Below, in pieces: positions 10,917 to 22,221 of a stretch of 64,000 nt of DNA. The position numbers were made by a program, and so were the translations under genes. The stretch is from an uncultured bacterium. GTDB taxonomy: Bacteria; Babelota; Babeliae; Babelales; Babelaceae. The notes under the pieces are model-generated. The model did no database searches, was not told the DNA's origin, and worked only from the letters and a program-made list of their open reading frames with translations. Where the stretch lies: positions 1 to 64,000 of the forward strand of contig CAWKFG010000004.1 in assembly GCA_963848965.1 (NCBI GenBank), written 5' to 3'. The first letter of the stretch is position 1. Each line of letters begins with the position of its first letter.

Positions 10917-11411
10917 TTACCGATAGCGATGTGTAGGGTTCACGCCACCTAACCAGACGGACGAGCTTTCAGAGGGAACCCGCTCTGCTTTCCTCGCTCG
11001 GGACTGTTCATTCGCCTCCTGGATTTCTTCAATGTGCTGCGCGGCCCAGTCGCGAATCGCACCTAACGGGGTCGTCAATGTCGCGCCGAGAGGGGTGAGC
11101 GAGTATTCGACGGTTACACGCCTGGTTGGCAGCACTTCTCGCCGCACCAGCCCATCGGTCTCTAGAGCACGCAGGTTTTCGGTCAGGACCTTATTGGAAA
11201 TGCCTTCGATCGCCGTACGCAGTTCCCCAAACAAATACGGCCGTTCGGAGAGCACGCCCACGATGAGCGTGGTCCATTTGTCCGCGATCCGATCAAGCAC
11301 GCGACGCGTGGGGCATGCCACACGGTACACGTCGTATTCGAGGGCAGATGTCGGTCGACGGCGCTGTCGGGTGTTCACGGGGGTCACGGTTGCCTCCTTG
11401 CGAGCGGACAT
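10917..11411 (-). CDS. HxlR-family winged-helix transcriptional regulator
   Basis: CPTRRVLDRIADKWTTLIV...FGELR..IEGISNKVLTENLRALE.DGLVRR...VEYSLTPLG. Confidence 0.93.
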   Translation of the reverse strand: MSARKEATVTPVNTRQRRRPTSALEYDVYRVACPTRRVLDRIADKWTTLIVGVLSERPYLFGELRTAIEGISNKVLTENLRALETDGLVRREVLPTRRVTVEYSLTPLGATLTTPLGAIRDWAAQHIEEIQEANEQSRARKAERVPSESSSVWLGGVNPTHRYR

Positions 11412-11517
11412 CGAAACGCCACGCGCTAGGAGTATTGAACCCTGATCCGACGTAAACATGAGCCGTTGTTCCAGTCCGAGACCGGGCAATTCAGACGGAT
11501 CGCGATCTTGGCTAACG

Positions 11518-12286
11518 CTAAAATCCGAACTTGCCGTTGGCGTTCTTCCACTCCGCTTCGCGGGGATGGGCTCGATCGTGTCCCAGTGCTCGGCGATCTT
11601 GCCGTTCTCGACGCGGAACAGGTCGTAGAACGAGCGTGTGCTTGCCGGCGAAGCTGCCCCTCGCTCACGACGAGCACGAAGTTGCCCTCGCCCAGCACCT
11701 GGTGGACCCGGTCGTACTTCATCGTGACGCCGGCCTTGGCCATCGCCTCCAGCGCCTTGCCCAGGCCCGGACAGGCCGTCGCCGATCTGCGGGTTGTGCT
11801 GGACGTAGTTGTCGCCGTCGAAGTAGCCGGCGAGCTTGTCCAGCTGCCGTTGACCAGGATGTCGTCCACGAAAGCTGCCGACGAGCTTCTTGTTCGCCTC
11901 CGTCTTGTCGAGGTCCGTCGGCCTCCGTCGGGCCGTCGGTCATGGTGTGGCCGCTGGGGTTCGGGCCTTCGGCGTCTCCTGCAGGTTGTCCCAGTGCTCG
12001 ACGATCTTGCCGTCCTCGAACCGGAAGATGTCGAACCCGATCTTCGGGCCGAAGAAGTCGTAGTCGGTGTGGGCGAACACGAAGTCGCCGTCCTGGAACA
12101 CGCGGACCGTGTTCACCTTCGCCGAGCCCTTCGGCAGCGGCCTGCAGCAGCGCGCCGAAGCCCGCGAGCCGTCGCCGGCGGCCAGGTTGTGCTGGATGTA
12201 CTTCGTTCGGGTTGATGACGGCGACCGGCGCGGGTCGCCGGTCTCAATGCTTTTCAGCAGTGCGACGACTTGCTGCTTCTGGACAT
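11518..12286 (-). CDS. Tandem SnoaL/NTF2-like domain protein (frameshifted)
   Basis: Two copies of Y.QHN...DG...(F/Y)D.FR.E.GKI.EHWD. Confidence 0.85.
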
Positions 12287-12335
12287 CCCTTCACGCTACG
12301 CCACATGGCGCGCGGTCGCCATAACGCACCTCGCG

Positions 12336-12357
12336 GTAACCGATCGTTGTTGGTTAC
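12336..12357. promoter_or_regulatory. Candidate operator GTAACC-N10-GGTTAC between divergent genes
   Basis: Perfect 6-bp inverted repeat in a short divergent intergenic region near an HxlR gene. Confidence 0.3.
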
Positions 12358-12426
12358 TTGTCGGTGGCCTTATTGCAACCGAAGCGCATCGTCCCTATTG
12401 TGCGAACCTCGGTTTATCATTTCCAT

Positions 12427-13296
12427 ATGTCTACGTCGTCACGCTTGCTCACGGCTCTTGTCATCGGCTTTGTGGTGCTCATGCCGCGCGCGGCTCGTGG
12501 GCAGAACGTGGACACCTGCTCGCAGGAGTGCCTGCTGAAAACGATTGCCGATTTTAAGTCTCACGCCGTGGCGAGGCGCCCAGTCGCACTCGCGCCGAAC
12601 GCCGAGATTCGCGAGAACATGGAAATCACCACGGTCGATAAGTCGGCGTGGCACGACGTGAAAGCCGTTAGGTCGAGCGCGGCCTTTGCGGATGCGGTGA
12701 CCGGCAATGTCGTATCGCGCGACGGCGTCGAACTTGCGGACGGCACAGCGGGCTACATTTCCACGCGGCTGAAGGTGGTGCGTGGCCAAGTCACCGAGGT
12801 GGAATTGAGTTCGGATTTGACCAGAGCGAACTCCGCGTACGTCTTGAATCTACCGCCGGTCTTGACGATGGAAGGACCGGCGACCGAACGGTCGAGCCGC
12901 GAGGCGCTCCAAGCCCTCGCCAACCGCTATTTTCAAAGCCTAACGGACCACAAAGCCGTGAAGGAGGATTTCGACGACTCGCGCTGCAACCGTTTTCACA
13001 GCGGCGCTCAGATAACGAATGTGGGGACGAATGCCGTCGAGGGGCCGGGCAGGCGTACGTGCGTGACAAGTATCGATGGGCCTAAGCCGTGGGGTCCAGC
13101 GAATGAGCAACGTTTTCCGGTTATCGATGCAGAGCACGGGATCGTCTTTGCCGAAACGCTGCTGATGTACGCCAATCAAGTGATGTTCGTGTCCGAGGTT
13201 TTCAAAGTGGACAACGGACGTATCGTGCTCATCGACAACATCGGCATCGTTCGACCTGGACGGAACCATACGACCGGATTCGGAACACGTAAGTAG
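12427..13296 (+). CDS. Secreted uncharacterised protein, possibly NTF2-like fold
   Basis: Signal peptide ending AARG/Q; CSQECL, RLKV..GQVTEVE, VSEVFKVDNGRI; intact 289-aa ORF. Confidence 0.7.
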   Translation: MSTSSRLLTALVIGFVVLMPRAARGQNVDTCSQECLLKTIADFKSHAVARRPVALAPNAEIRENMEITTVDKSAWHDVKAVRSSAAFADAVTGNVVSRDGVELADGTAGYISTRLKVVRGQVTEVELSSDLTRANSAYVLNLPPVLTMEGPATERSSREALQALANRYFQSLTDHKAVKEDFDDSRCNRFHSGAQITNVGTNAVEGPGRRTCVTSIDGPKPWGPANEQRFPVIDAEHGIVFAETLLMYANQVMFVSEVFKVDNGRIVLIDNIGIVRPGRNHTTGFGTRK

Positions 13297-13564
13297 GTTC
13301 ACCTCGCTACGTTCCCACCAACTGTGCGGGGCCAGAGTCGGATAGCAGCGATTCCCAGTCTGCGGCTCTCGACAATGCTGCGTCTGCCTAGGAGGGCGCT
13401 GCTGCGACCTCGGATCCATCACGGGTCAGCCGCGACCGACGTTCGTTAGTCCTGACAAACGCCGCAGGGTTTAGAGAACTCGGGAAGGCTTCGAGGACGG
13501 TAGCCGCTGTGGGGCTGGCACAAGAGTCTCTGAGAAGAAAATTCTCCCGGTGCATCGCGTCGAG

Positions 13565-14600
13565 TGATGGGATGGACTCCTCCTTTCTTTAATAGCGGCA
13601 TGATTGCCGCACGGGCCGGCGCCCGGAGGGGGAGGAGACATCATGGACATGCGGGTAGTGGCTGTTGATCTCGCCAAAGACGTATTCGAAATCGCATGGA
13701 CGACCGCCGTTGGGCATGTCGAGGGACGGCAGCGATTGACGCGGCCACAGTTTGAGCGATTCCTTCGGGAGCTGCCGGCCGGGACGGAGCTCGTGATGGA
13801 GGCCTGCAGCAGTGCGCACCACTGGGGTCGGCTGTGTCACTGCCTCGGGGTCGTCCCGATGCTACTGCCGAGCCAATATGTGCGCCCGTACGTCCGCCGA
13901 AACAAGACCGACCGGTCCGATGCCGAAGCGTTGCTGGAAGCGCGCCGCTGTCGGGGTATTGCCAGTGTGCCGGTGAAGACCGCGGATCAGCAAGCCCTGC
14001 AAAGCCTCCATCGCGTGCGCACCCAGTGGCAGACGGCGCGTACCGCTCGCCTGAATGTGATTCGGGGACTCCTGCGCGAGTACGGTCTGCCGCTGCGGGC
14101 GGGGGCCGTCACGATTCACCGTGTGGTGCCGGGCTTGCTGGCCGACGCGACCACGGCAATTCCGGCGCGGTTGCGGCACGTGCTGCAGAGCCTGCTGGAG
14201 GAAGTCCGCGAGTTGGAGCGGCGGGTTCGGTCGATCGATCAGCAGCTCAGCGACCTGGCCGACGCCGATCCGATCGCCCGCCGGTTGCAAACGGTGCCGG
14301 GTGTGGGCGTCATTGTCGCGACGAGCCTGCTGGGCAGCGTTCCGCACATTCACGCGTTCCGCCGCGGCCGACAGTTTGCGAGTTGGCTGGGGCTCACGCC
14401 CAGAGAAGCCTCGAGCGGCCTGCGGGTACTGGCGAGGAGGAATCAGCAAGCGGGGCGACGTCCACCTGCGGTGTGTGCTGACCCACGGCGCGCGGTCGGT
14501 GCTCTTCAATGCCCAACGACGCGCGCGCTCGCACGCCGACCGCCTGACGCCGATCCAACGCTGGGTCGTCGAGCTCGCCGCGCGACGCGGATACAACATC
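13565..14600 (+). mobile_element. IS110 family (IS1111 group) element: left end plus transposase from 13643, truncated by the junction
   Basis: TGATGGG followed by subterminal IR ATGGACTCCTCC; AVDLAK, VMEAC, KTDRSDA, VPGVG, SWLGLTP...SSG...GISKRGD motifs. Confidence 0.9.
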
Positions 14601-14603
14601 GTC

Positions 14604-17600
14604 CTACCACTCCGGCGTCACCAACCCTGACCGCAAGCGCCGCGGCGACGCGGTCGCTGACCCGGAGGAGCAGGCCGTCCCCGACGCACTCGTCGGGAAA
14701 ACTTGCTTGGCCCGCCGTCTTCGCATCGATCGGTCCCATCGAGGGCCTGCTCGACCTGGTCCACCTCGACCACCGCGTGGAGATCGCCGGCTAGCCCTGC
14801 CGGAGTACTCCACCGAGCTGACCATCGCCGCGACCCGCGCCGGTGTCGTGGACACCACGGCCGGCCAGGTCATCACCGTCGACGTTCGCATCAGCCAGGC
14901 CGACGAACTGCTGGCCACGCTGGTCGAGCGCTTCATGGTGCGTGGCCGCACCGGTGCGGCCGAGCTGGTCGCCCCGGCCTCGGTCGCGACCGACGTGCAG
15001 GACAAGCCACGCGCCCGGCTCGACCGGTTCAAGGTCACTGCGCCGCACCACATGGGTGCGTTCGCGGCCGTGAGCGGCGACCACAACCCGCTGCACACCG
15101 ACGTCCCCGCTGCCCGCCTCGCGGGCTTCGACGGCCCGATCGTCCACGGCATGTGGCTCTCCGCCGTCGCGCAGCGCGCTGCCGCGTCGGTCGGTGCCAC
15201 CCACCGCCCGCGCCCCATCCGCAGCTGGCTGGCCCGCTGGGTCGCGCCGCTGCTGCCGAACGCCGAGGTGGAGATCACCGTCGAGCGCATCGGTGTCGTC
15301 GGTGGAGACACCGTCGTCGAGGTGACCTGCCGCGCCGACGGCGAGCTGGCGATGGTCGCCGAGGCCGTCGTGGCGGCTCCGCGCACGACGTACGCCTTCC
15401 CCGGCCAGGGCATCCAGAGCCAGGGCATGGGCCTCGAGGCCCGCGCCCGCTCGGCCGCCGCCCGTGAGGTCTGGGACCGCGCCGACAGCCACACCCGCGA
15501 GGCCCTCGGCTTCTCGATCCTGGCCGTCGTCCGCGACAACCCGACCGAGCTGTGGGCCGACGGCGAGCTGCACCGCCACCCGGACGGCGTGCTGTTCCTG
15601 ACGCAGTTCACCCAGGTCGCGATGGCCACCCTCGCGGTGGCCCAGGTCGCCGAGATGCGTGAGGCCGGTGTCTTCGTCGAGGGCGCCATCACCTGCGGTC
15701 ACTCGGTGGGCGAGTACAACGCGCTCGCCGCCGTCACCGGCATCCTGCCGCTCGAGGCGCTGCTGGAGATCGTGTTCCGCCGCGGCATGGCGATGCACCA
15801 CTGGTGCCCCGCGACGCCCAGGGCCGGAGCAACTACCGCCTGGCCGCGATCCGCCCGTCGCAGATCGAGCTGGCCGACGACGACGTCGCGGCTTCGTCGG
15901 CACGATCTCGGAGCGCACCGGCGAGTTCCTCCAGATCGTCAACTACAACCTGCGCGGCTCGCAGTACGCCATCGCGGGCACCGTCGCCGGTCTCGAGGCC
16001 CTGGAGAAGGAGGTCGAGGAGCGCCGTGACGTGTCGGCGGCAAGCCGGCGTTCATCCTGGTCCCGGGCATCGACGTGCCGTTCCACTCCTCGGAGCTGCA
16101 CGCCGGCGTCGAGGACTTCCGGGCGCGGCTCGACGAGCTGCTGCCGGAGTCGATCGACCCGGCGGTCCTCGTCGGTCGCTACATCCCCAACCTGGTGCCG
16201 CGGCTGTTCACCCTCGACCGCGCCTACGTCGAGGAGGTCGCCGAGTACGTCGACTCGCCGCTCGCTCAAGCCCGCGCTCGCGGACTGGCCCACCTGGGAG
16301 GCCGACCCGGCCCGCCTCGGCCGCGCCCTGCTGATCGAGCTGCTCGCGTGGCAGTTCGCCAGCCCGGTGCGCTGGATCGAGACCCAGGACCTGCTGTTCG
16401 GCTCGCCCGAGCACGGTGGCCTGGGCATGGAGCAGTTCGTCGAGATCGGGGTGGCCAACGCCCCGACGATCGCGAACCTCGCCTCGCAGACGACCAAGCT
16501 CCCGTCGTACGACGGGGTCGCGCCGAGGATCATGAACTCCTCGCGTGACGCGGCCGTCGTCTTCGCCACGGACACGCCGATGGCCGACGACGAGCCCGAG
16601 GACGAGGCTCCCGTCGAGTCCGCAGCGGCAGCGACCGACGCACCCGCCGAGGCCAAGGCTGCTCCGGCTGCCGCGCCGACCGCGGCTGCCGGGGCCGATC
16701 GTCCCGCCGACCTGTCCTACACGGCAGCCGACGCGACGAAGACCCTGACCGCGCTGCGCACCAAGGTGCGTCCCGACCAGATCGGCACCGCCGACACGAT
16801 CGAGGCGCTGTGCGACGGCGTCTCCTCGCGTCGCAACCAGCTGCTCGTCGACCTCGGTGCCGAGCTCTCGCTCGGTGCCATCGACGGTGCCGCGGAGGCC
16901 GACTGGAAGGGTCTGTCGGCCACGGTGACCAAGCTGGCCCGCACGTACTCCCCGTTCGGCCCCGTGCTGACCGAGGCCGTGAGCGAGCAGCTTGCGCAAG
17001 TTCGCAGGTTCCGCGGGTCGAAGCCGGCGGCGATCGGCGACCGGATCAGGGACACCTGGCAGCTCGGCCCCGGCTGGGTCTCGCACGTGTCCGCCGAGCT
17101 GGCCGCGGGTCCCGCGACGGTTCGTCGACGCGCGGCGGTCTCGCTGGGCTTCGACATCGACCTTCCGACCTCAACTCCGTCGTCGACCACGCCGTGCAGG
17201 CGGTCGGCCAGGCGCAGGGCGTCCAGGTCAGCATGCCCGCCACCGGTGGTGGCGAGGGTGCGATGGTCGACTCCGCCGCGCTCAGCGAGATCACCGAGTC
17301 CATCACCGGCGCCGACGGTGTGCTCGCCTCCACGGCGCGCCACCTGCTCGGCAAGCTCGGCCTCGCCGAGACCGCGGTGACCGACGACTCCGACGACCGG
17401 ACGCAGAGCTCATCCAGCTCGTCGAGTCCGAACTCGGCTCTGACTGGGCCCGCAAGGTCGCGTCGTCCTTCGACGCGCAACCGCGCGGTCCTGCTCGACG
17501 ACCGCTGGGCCTCCGTCGCGTGAGGACTTCGCCCGCGTCTGGGTCGGCGACGAGTCGGCTCGCGAGCGCAGCTTCACCGGGGCTCGACGACGCCGCGGTG

Positions 17601-18736
17601 GCCCAGGCCAAGTGGTGGCTGGACCGCGCCCGTCGGCGAGCAGCGCACCGACCTGGTCTCCTTCTACGACGGCGCCATCTCGGGGTCCGAGAGTGACCGG
17701 GAGTGGGCCGACGACGTCGCTGTGGTGACCGGGGCGGCTCCGGGCTCGATCGCCGGTGCTGTCGTGGCCGACCTGCTCCGCGGCGGTGCCACGGTCGTGG
17801 CGACCACCTCGCGGCTGGACAAGGAGCGCCTGGCGTTCTTCCGCGGCCTCTACCGCGACCACGCGTCGAACGGTGCCGCCCTGTGGGTGCTGCCGGCCAA
17901 CCTGGCGTCGTACGCCGACGTCGACTCGCTCGTCAAGTGGATCTCCTCCCCCGTGGTGGAGTCCGCCGGCGGCATGAAGACCGAGCTGCGCCCGGCAGCT
18001 CTCGCCGACGCTGGTCTTCCCGTTCGCGGCTCCGGCGGTGCAGGGCACGGCGGCCGACGCCGGTCCGCGCGCCGAGGTCGAGTTCCGCATCCTGCTCTGG
18101 GGCGTCGAGCGCCTCGTCGCCGGTCTGGCGGCACATGGTGCCGACCACAAGATCGGCCGACGGGTGCACGTCGTACTCCCGGGCTCGCCCAACCGCGGCC
18201 GCTTCGGTGGCGACGGTGCGTACGGCGAGGCCAAGGCAGCGTTCGACGCCTTCGTGCAGCGCTGGACGGCCGAGAAGGACTGGGCACAGCGGGTCTCGCT
18301 CGCCCACGCCCACATCGGCTGGGTCCGCGGCACCGGCCTGATGGGTCACAACGACCCGCTGGTCGACGCCGTCACCGCTGCCGGGGTCCGCACCTGGTCC
18401 CCGACCGAGATGGCCGCCGAGCTCCTCGAGCTGTGCAGCGTCGAGTCGCGGCAGGCCGCCGCCGGTGCGCCGATCGTGGCGGACCTGACCGGTGGTCTCG
18501 GCGAGGCCGACCTCGACCTCGCGGCCCTGGCTCGCGATGCTCGTGACGCCGCCGAGGCTGCACGGGCTCGACCGAGACGGACCGGGACCGACGACCAGCT
18601 GCTCGCGCTGACCCACCCTGCCGGGTGGGGCACCACGCAGCCCACGATGGACTGGCCGGAGATCAACACGTCCCTCGAGGACATGGTCGTGATCGTCGGC
18701 GCCGGCGAGGTCGGCCCGGTGGGCTCCTCGCGGACC
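14604..18736 (+). CDS. fas: Internal fragment of an actinobacterial type I fatty acid synthase (DH-MPT-ACP-KR-start of KS), many indels
   Basis: SGDHNPLH...PIVHGMWLS (DH), YAFPGQGIQ and GHSVGEY (MPT), DGVSSRRNQLLVDLG (ACP), VVTGAAPGSI and LPGSPNRG (KR), VVIVGAGEVGPVGSSRT (KS). Confidence 0.93.
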
Positions 18737-18944
18737 TAAGTACCATTATACTACCAACATTGCGCACTGCTTCATCAAGCGTACCTGCTGATTCCAAATA
18801 CTTATTAAGAAGATTTCTTAAATCGTCAGGAAGTACTCCTAAAAAACCTTCACTTGCAGTTTCTGCAGTAGGTCCTTCCATACTATAGGTATACTGAACA
18901 GAACCTATTAACATTATCAGACATGCTTGTAATACCATCTTCAT
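18737..18944 (-). CDS. Secreted hypothetical protein, 3'-truncated at the junction
   Basis: RBS AAGGAG; signal peptide then YSMEG; FLGVLPDDLRNLL. Confidence 0.7.
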
Positions 18945-19223
18945 CTTTTCTCCTTTATTACTAGTAATTTATTTATATCTTTATTTATAGTAGCCAAAAA
19001 CCTAGAGATATTTCAATAAAATTTCTTTTTGAAATGTTTATATGCCTTTATTGCACTATGCAGTTTCGTTCTATTATATATTCTATGACTAGTTCCTAGA
19101 AAGAATTGCTAAAAAGATGATAAGCAAGGGAATGAAAATTATGCACCAAAATAAATACTCTTTATAAGAGCGTGCTATGGACTGCTCGTCTTCTTATACG
19201 AATAAACGAATCCTATAAAAAAA

Positions 19224-19244
19224 CTTGAGTGTACTGCACTCAAA
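19224..19244. promoter_or_regulatory. HAIR operator (HspR binding site)
   Basis: CTTGAGT-N7-ACTCAAA, 13/14 match to CTTGAGT-N7-ACTCAAG, just upstream of the dnaK promoter. Confidence 0.85.
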
Positions 19245-19261
19245 TAATATGAGTACCGGCA

Positions 19262-19290
19262 TTGACATATTTGGATTTTTTATGTATAAC
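19262..19290 (+). promoter_or_regulatory. sigma70-type promoter of dnaK
   Basis: TTGACA-17 nt-TATAAC. Confidence 0.8.
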
Positions 19291-19351
19291 TAAAGGGTAA
19301 CGATTTACCTAGAACATAAAGTATATACTAAAATATGGTTGAAAGGAAAAA

Positions 19352-21223
19352 ATGGCGAAAAAGATCATAGGTATAGACTTAGGGACCACTAACTCGGTAG
19401 TTGCCGTTGTAGAAGGCGGAGCTCCTAAGGTGATTCCTAATGAAGAAGGCCAGAACATTACTCCTTCTGTTGTTGCATTTACAAAAGATGGCAAGCGTCT
19501 TGTTGGAGTACTGGCAAAACGTCAAGCAATAACAAATCCAGAAAATACTATTTTCTCTGCAAAGCGCTTTATAGGAAGAAAATATGATGAAGTTCAAGAT
19601 GAATTAAAGTATGTTCCTTATAAAGTAGCAAAAAAAAGCAATGGCGATGTAGCTATTATCGCGCAAGGTAAAGAGTATTCTCCAGAAGAGATTTCTGCAG
19701 GAGTGCTCAGCAAGCTTAAACAGTCGGCTGAAAACTATCTTGGACATCCTGTAACAGAAGTAGTTATTACCGTTCCTGCTTACTTTAACGACTCGCAACG
19801 ACAAGCTACGAAAGATGCTGGTCGCATTGCAGGGCTTGAGGTAAAACGTATTATTAACGAACCTACAGCTGCAGCTCTTGCTTATGGCATGGATAAAAAG
19901 AAAAGTGGTACCATTGCAGTATTCGACTTTGGTGGAGGAACATTCGATATCTCTGTTTTAGATATTCACGAAGGTGTTATTGAAGTAAAATCTACTAATG
20001 GAGATACCCATTTAGGTGGTGATGATGTCGACCAAGAGATCATGCGTTATATTATTGAAGAGTTTAAGAAAGAGCATGGCATTGATTTAAAGAACGATCG
20101 TATGGCTCTTCAACGACTTAAAGAAGCTGCAGAAAAGGCAAAAATAGAGCTTTCAACGTTGCTTGAAACAGAAATTAACCTTCCTTATATTACTGCAGAT
20201 GCATCAGGACCAAAGCATCTTTATCTTAAGCTCTCTCGAGCAAAATTAGAATCTTTGTGCAACTCTATCTTTGAACGGCTTTTAATACCATGCAGAAAAG
20301 CAATGGAAGATGCTGGTGTCACCAAAGATCAAATTGATGAAGTTATTTTAGTAGGTGGTTCAACTCGTATGCCAAAAGTACAACAGCTGGTAAAAGATTT
20401 CTTTGGCAAAGAGCCAAATAGATCTGTAAACCCTGATGAGGTAGTTGCTATTGGTGCCTCTGTACAAGGTGCTATTCTTTCTGGAGAAGTAACCGACGTA
20501 TTGCTTCTTGATGTTACTCCTCTTTCACTTGGTATTGAAACATTAGGGGGCATTACTACACGACTTATTGAACGTAATACTACTATCCCTAGTCGTAAGT
20601 CGCAAGTATTTAGTACTGCAGAAGATAACCAAACAGCGGTCGATATTCGTGTTGTACAAGGTGAGCGCGAGCTTGCACGAGATAATAAAATGCTTGGCCA
20701 GTTTAGGCTTGAAGGAATACCACCAGCACCACGAGGGGTCCCACAGGTTGAGGTAACCTTTGATATCGATGCAAATGGTATTGTTCATGTCTCTGCAAAA
20801 GATAAAGCAACAGGCAAAGAGCAAAAGATTACTATTACAAGTGGCACTGGCCTTTCTAAAGAAGAAGTTGATCGCATGGTCAAAGAAGCTCAAGCTCATG
20901 AATCAGAGGACAAAAAGATACGTGAAACGGTTGAAAAGCGTAATCGTCTTGATGGCCTTATTCTTGAAATAGAGAAAACTCTTTCTCAAAATAAAGAAAA
21001 ACTCTCTCCAGAAGATGTACAGGCTACTGAAAGTGCCCTTACAAAAGCAAAAGCTGCTTTAAAAGAGCATGAAAACGATGCAGAAGCATTACAAAAAGCA
21101 ACAGACGAACTCTTACAAGCATCACACAAGGTAGCAGAAATTCTCTACAAACAAGGCAATGAACCACAACAACCAGGCACTCCTGGTGAAGGTGAAGGCC
21201 CTATTGATGTAGAAGGCAAGTAA
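19352..21223 (+). CDS. dnaK: Chaperone DnaK
   Basis: [35 protein letters not shown]; full length. Confidence 0.99.
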   Translation: MAKKIIGIDLGTTNSVVAVVEGGAPKVIPNEEGQNITPSVVAFTKDGKRLVGVLAKRQAITNPENTIFSAKRFIGRKYDEVQDELKYVPYKVAKKSNGDVAIIAQGKEYSPEEISAGVLSKLKQSAENYLGHPVTEVVITVPAYFNDSQRQATKDAGRIAGLEVKRIINEPTAAALAYGMDKKKSGTIAVFDFGGGTFDISVLDIHEGVIEVKSTNGDTHLGGDDVDQEIMRYIIEEFKKEHGIDLKNDRMALQRLKEAAEKAKIELSTLLETEINLPYITADASGPKHLYLKLSRAKLESLCNSIFERLLIPCRKAMEDAGVTKDQIDEVILVGGSTRMPKVQQLVKDFFGKEPNRSVNPDEVVAIGASVQGAILSGEVTDVLLLDVTPLSLGIETLGGITTRLIERNTTIPSRKSQVFSTAEDNQTAVDIRVVQGERELARDNKMLGQFRLEGIPPAPRGVPQVEVTFDIDANGIVHVSAKDKATGKEQKITITSGTGLSKEEVDRMVKEAQAHESEDKKIRETVEKRNRLDGLILEIEKTLSQNKEKLSPEDVQATESALTKAKAALKEHENDAEALQKATDELLQASHKVAEILYKQGNEPQQPGTPGEGEGPIDVEGK

Positions 21224-21236
21224 TCATATCCCTTCC

Positions 21237-21264
21237 AAAAGGGCAGCTGAGCTGCCCTTTTTTT
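21237..21264 (+). terminator. Rho-independent terminator after dnaK
   Basis: AAAAGGGCAGC-TGA-GCTGCCCTTTTTTT. Confidence 0.9.
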
Positions 21265-21421
21265 ATGTCCTCCTAGGTCGCACTCATAGATAATAAGAGA
21301 TCTTTACTTACTACCCCCAAGCTACGCGACTGTAAAATCTCAATTTATAATTATTTATTATGATGCAAGTTATTTTATATAATTAAAATAAAAATGGTTT
21401 TTACAAATAGAAGGGACCACT

Positions 21422-22201
21422 ATGATTATAGCAAGACTTAGAAAACTACCAGGAATACTTCTAGTAGCAACTTCTCTCTTTTATACACCTTATAGTTTCA
21501 ATCAGCCGCTTCTTCTTGTCATAAACAATACACAATGGAAGCTTGAAATTAAGTATGAATTTACAGAAAAGGGTCTTGCGCAAAGTATAGCAAAAACAGT
21601 GAGTCCTCAAGGTAAAGCCGAGCTCCCAGATCCGCAAAAACTTACCTCAATTAAACTAAAGACTTACGGTAAACTAGCAGGATTGTTTAGTATACCACGT
21701 GAAGTTATAAAGAAAGCTCAAGAAAGTCTTGAGACTGCTCTTGCTCAAAGTCCTACTTTTACCACTGTCATCCTTACCATCTCTCCTAGTGAAGGACCAC
21801 TAAGTCCTATAAAACCTTTTAGATATTCTATTCAGGTTACCAGTAAGACTAAAAAAGTATCTGAAAAAGTTCCTCAAGAACGGCACCTTATAGACGCATT
21901 TCCTGGAGTAAAAGCAATTTTACAAAGAGGAATTGATGTATTACCCCGCCATGTTTTAGAAGTTCCTGTTGATGCCTCTGCTGTAAGTATTGAACATGCT
22001 TATAAAACACTTGTAAGCCGCTGGCAAGAAGCTTTAAAAAAAGCTCGCACCCCGAGCGATATACGGTTTATGCACGATGCGCTTGCATTGTTAGAAAAAG
22101 CATATAATGCTTTAACAAAGAAATCAGCAAAGAGCGAACAAGAGTTTAAAGATTTTGCTTTTAAAAATATTTATACTTCTACGTACTATCAAGAACAATA
22201 A
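21422..22201 (+). CDS. Secreted hypothetical protein with a C-terminal J-domain-like region lacking HPD
   Basis: Signal-like N-terminus; HVLEVPVDASAVSIEHAYKTLVSRWQEA...LEKAYNAL. Confidence 0.6.
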   Translation: MIIARLRKLPGILLVATSLFYTPYSFNQPLLLVINNTQWKLEIKYEFTEKGLAQSIAKTVSPQGKAELPDPQKLTSIKLKTYGKLAGLFSIPREVIKKAQESLETALAQSPTFTTVILTISPSEGPLSPIKPFRYSIQVTSKTKKVSEKVPQERHLIDAFPGVKAILQRGIDVLPRHVLEVPVDASAVSIEHAYKTLVSRWQEALKKARTPSDIRFMHDALALLEKAYNALTKKSAKSEQEFKDFAFKNIYTSTYYQEQ

Positions 22202-22221
22202 GAGGTTTCTTTAAGGCATCT

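Noticed and set aside
13604..14794. 396-aa ORF as a transposase-FAS fusion
   Set aside because: It is produced by a frameshift plus read-through across the contig junction.
18663..18944. Complete 93-aa ORF, or horizontal transfer of FAS-I into the low-GC genome
   Set aside because: The ORF's last residues come from the other segment, and the junction has no mobile-element signature.
19152..19178. CIRCE-like TAAATACTC-N9-GCGTGCTAT upstream of dnaK
   Set aside because: Only 13/18 match, about 85 nt upstream of the -35 box, and no hrcA in the window; chance or relic.
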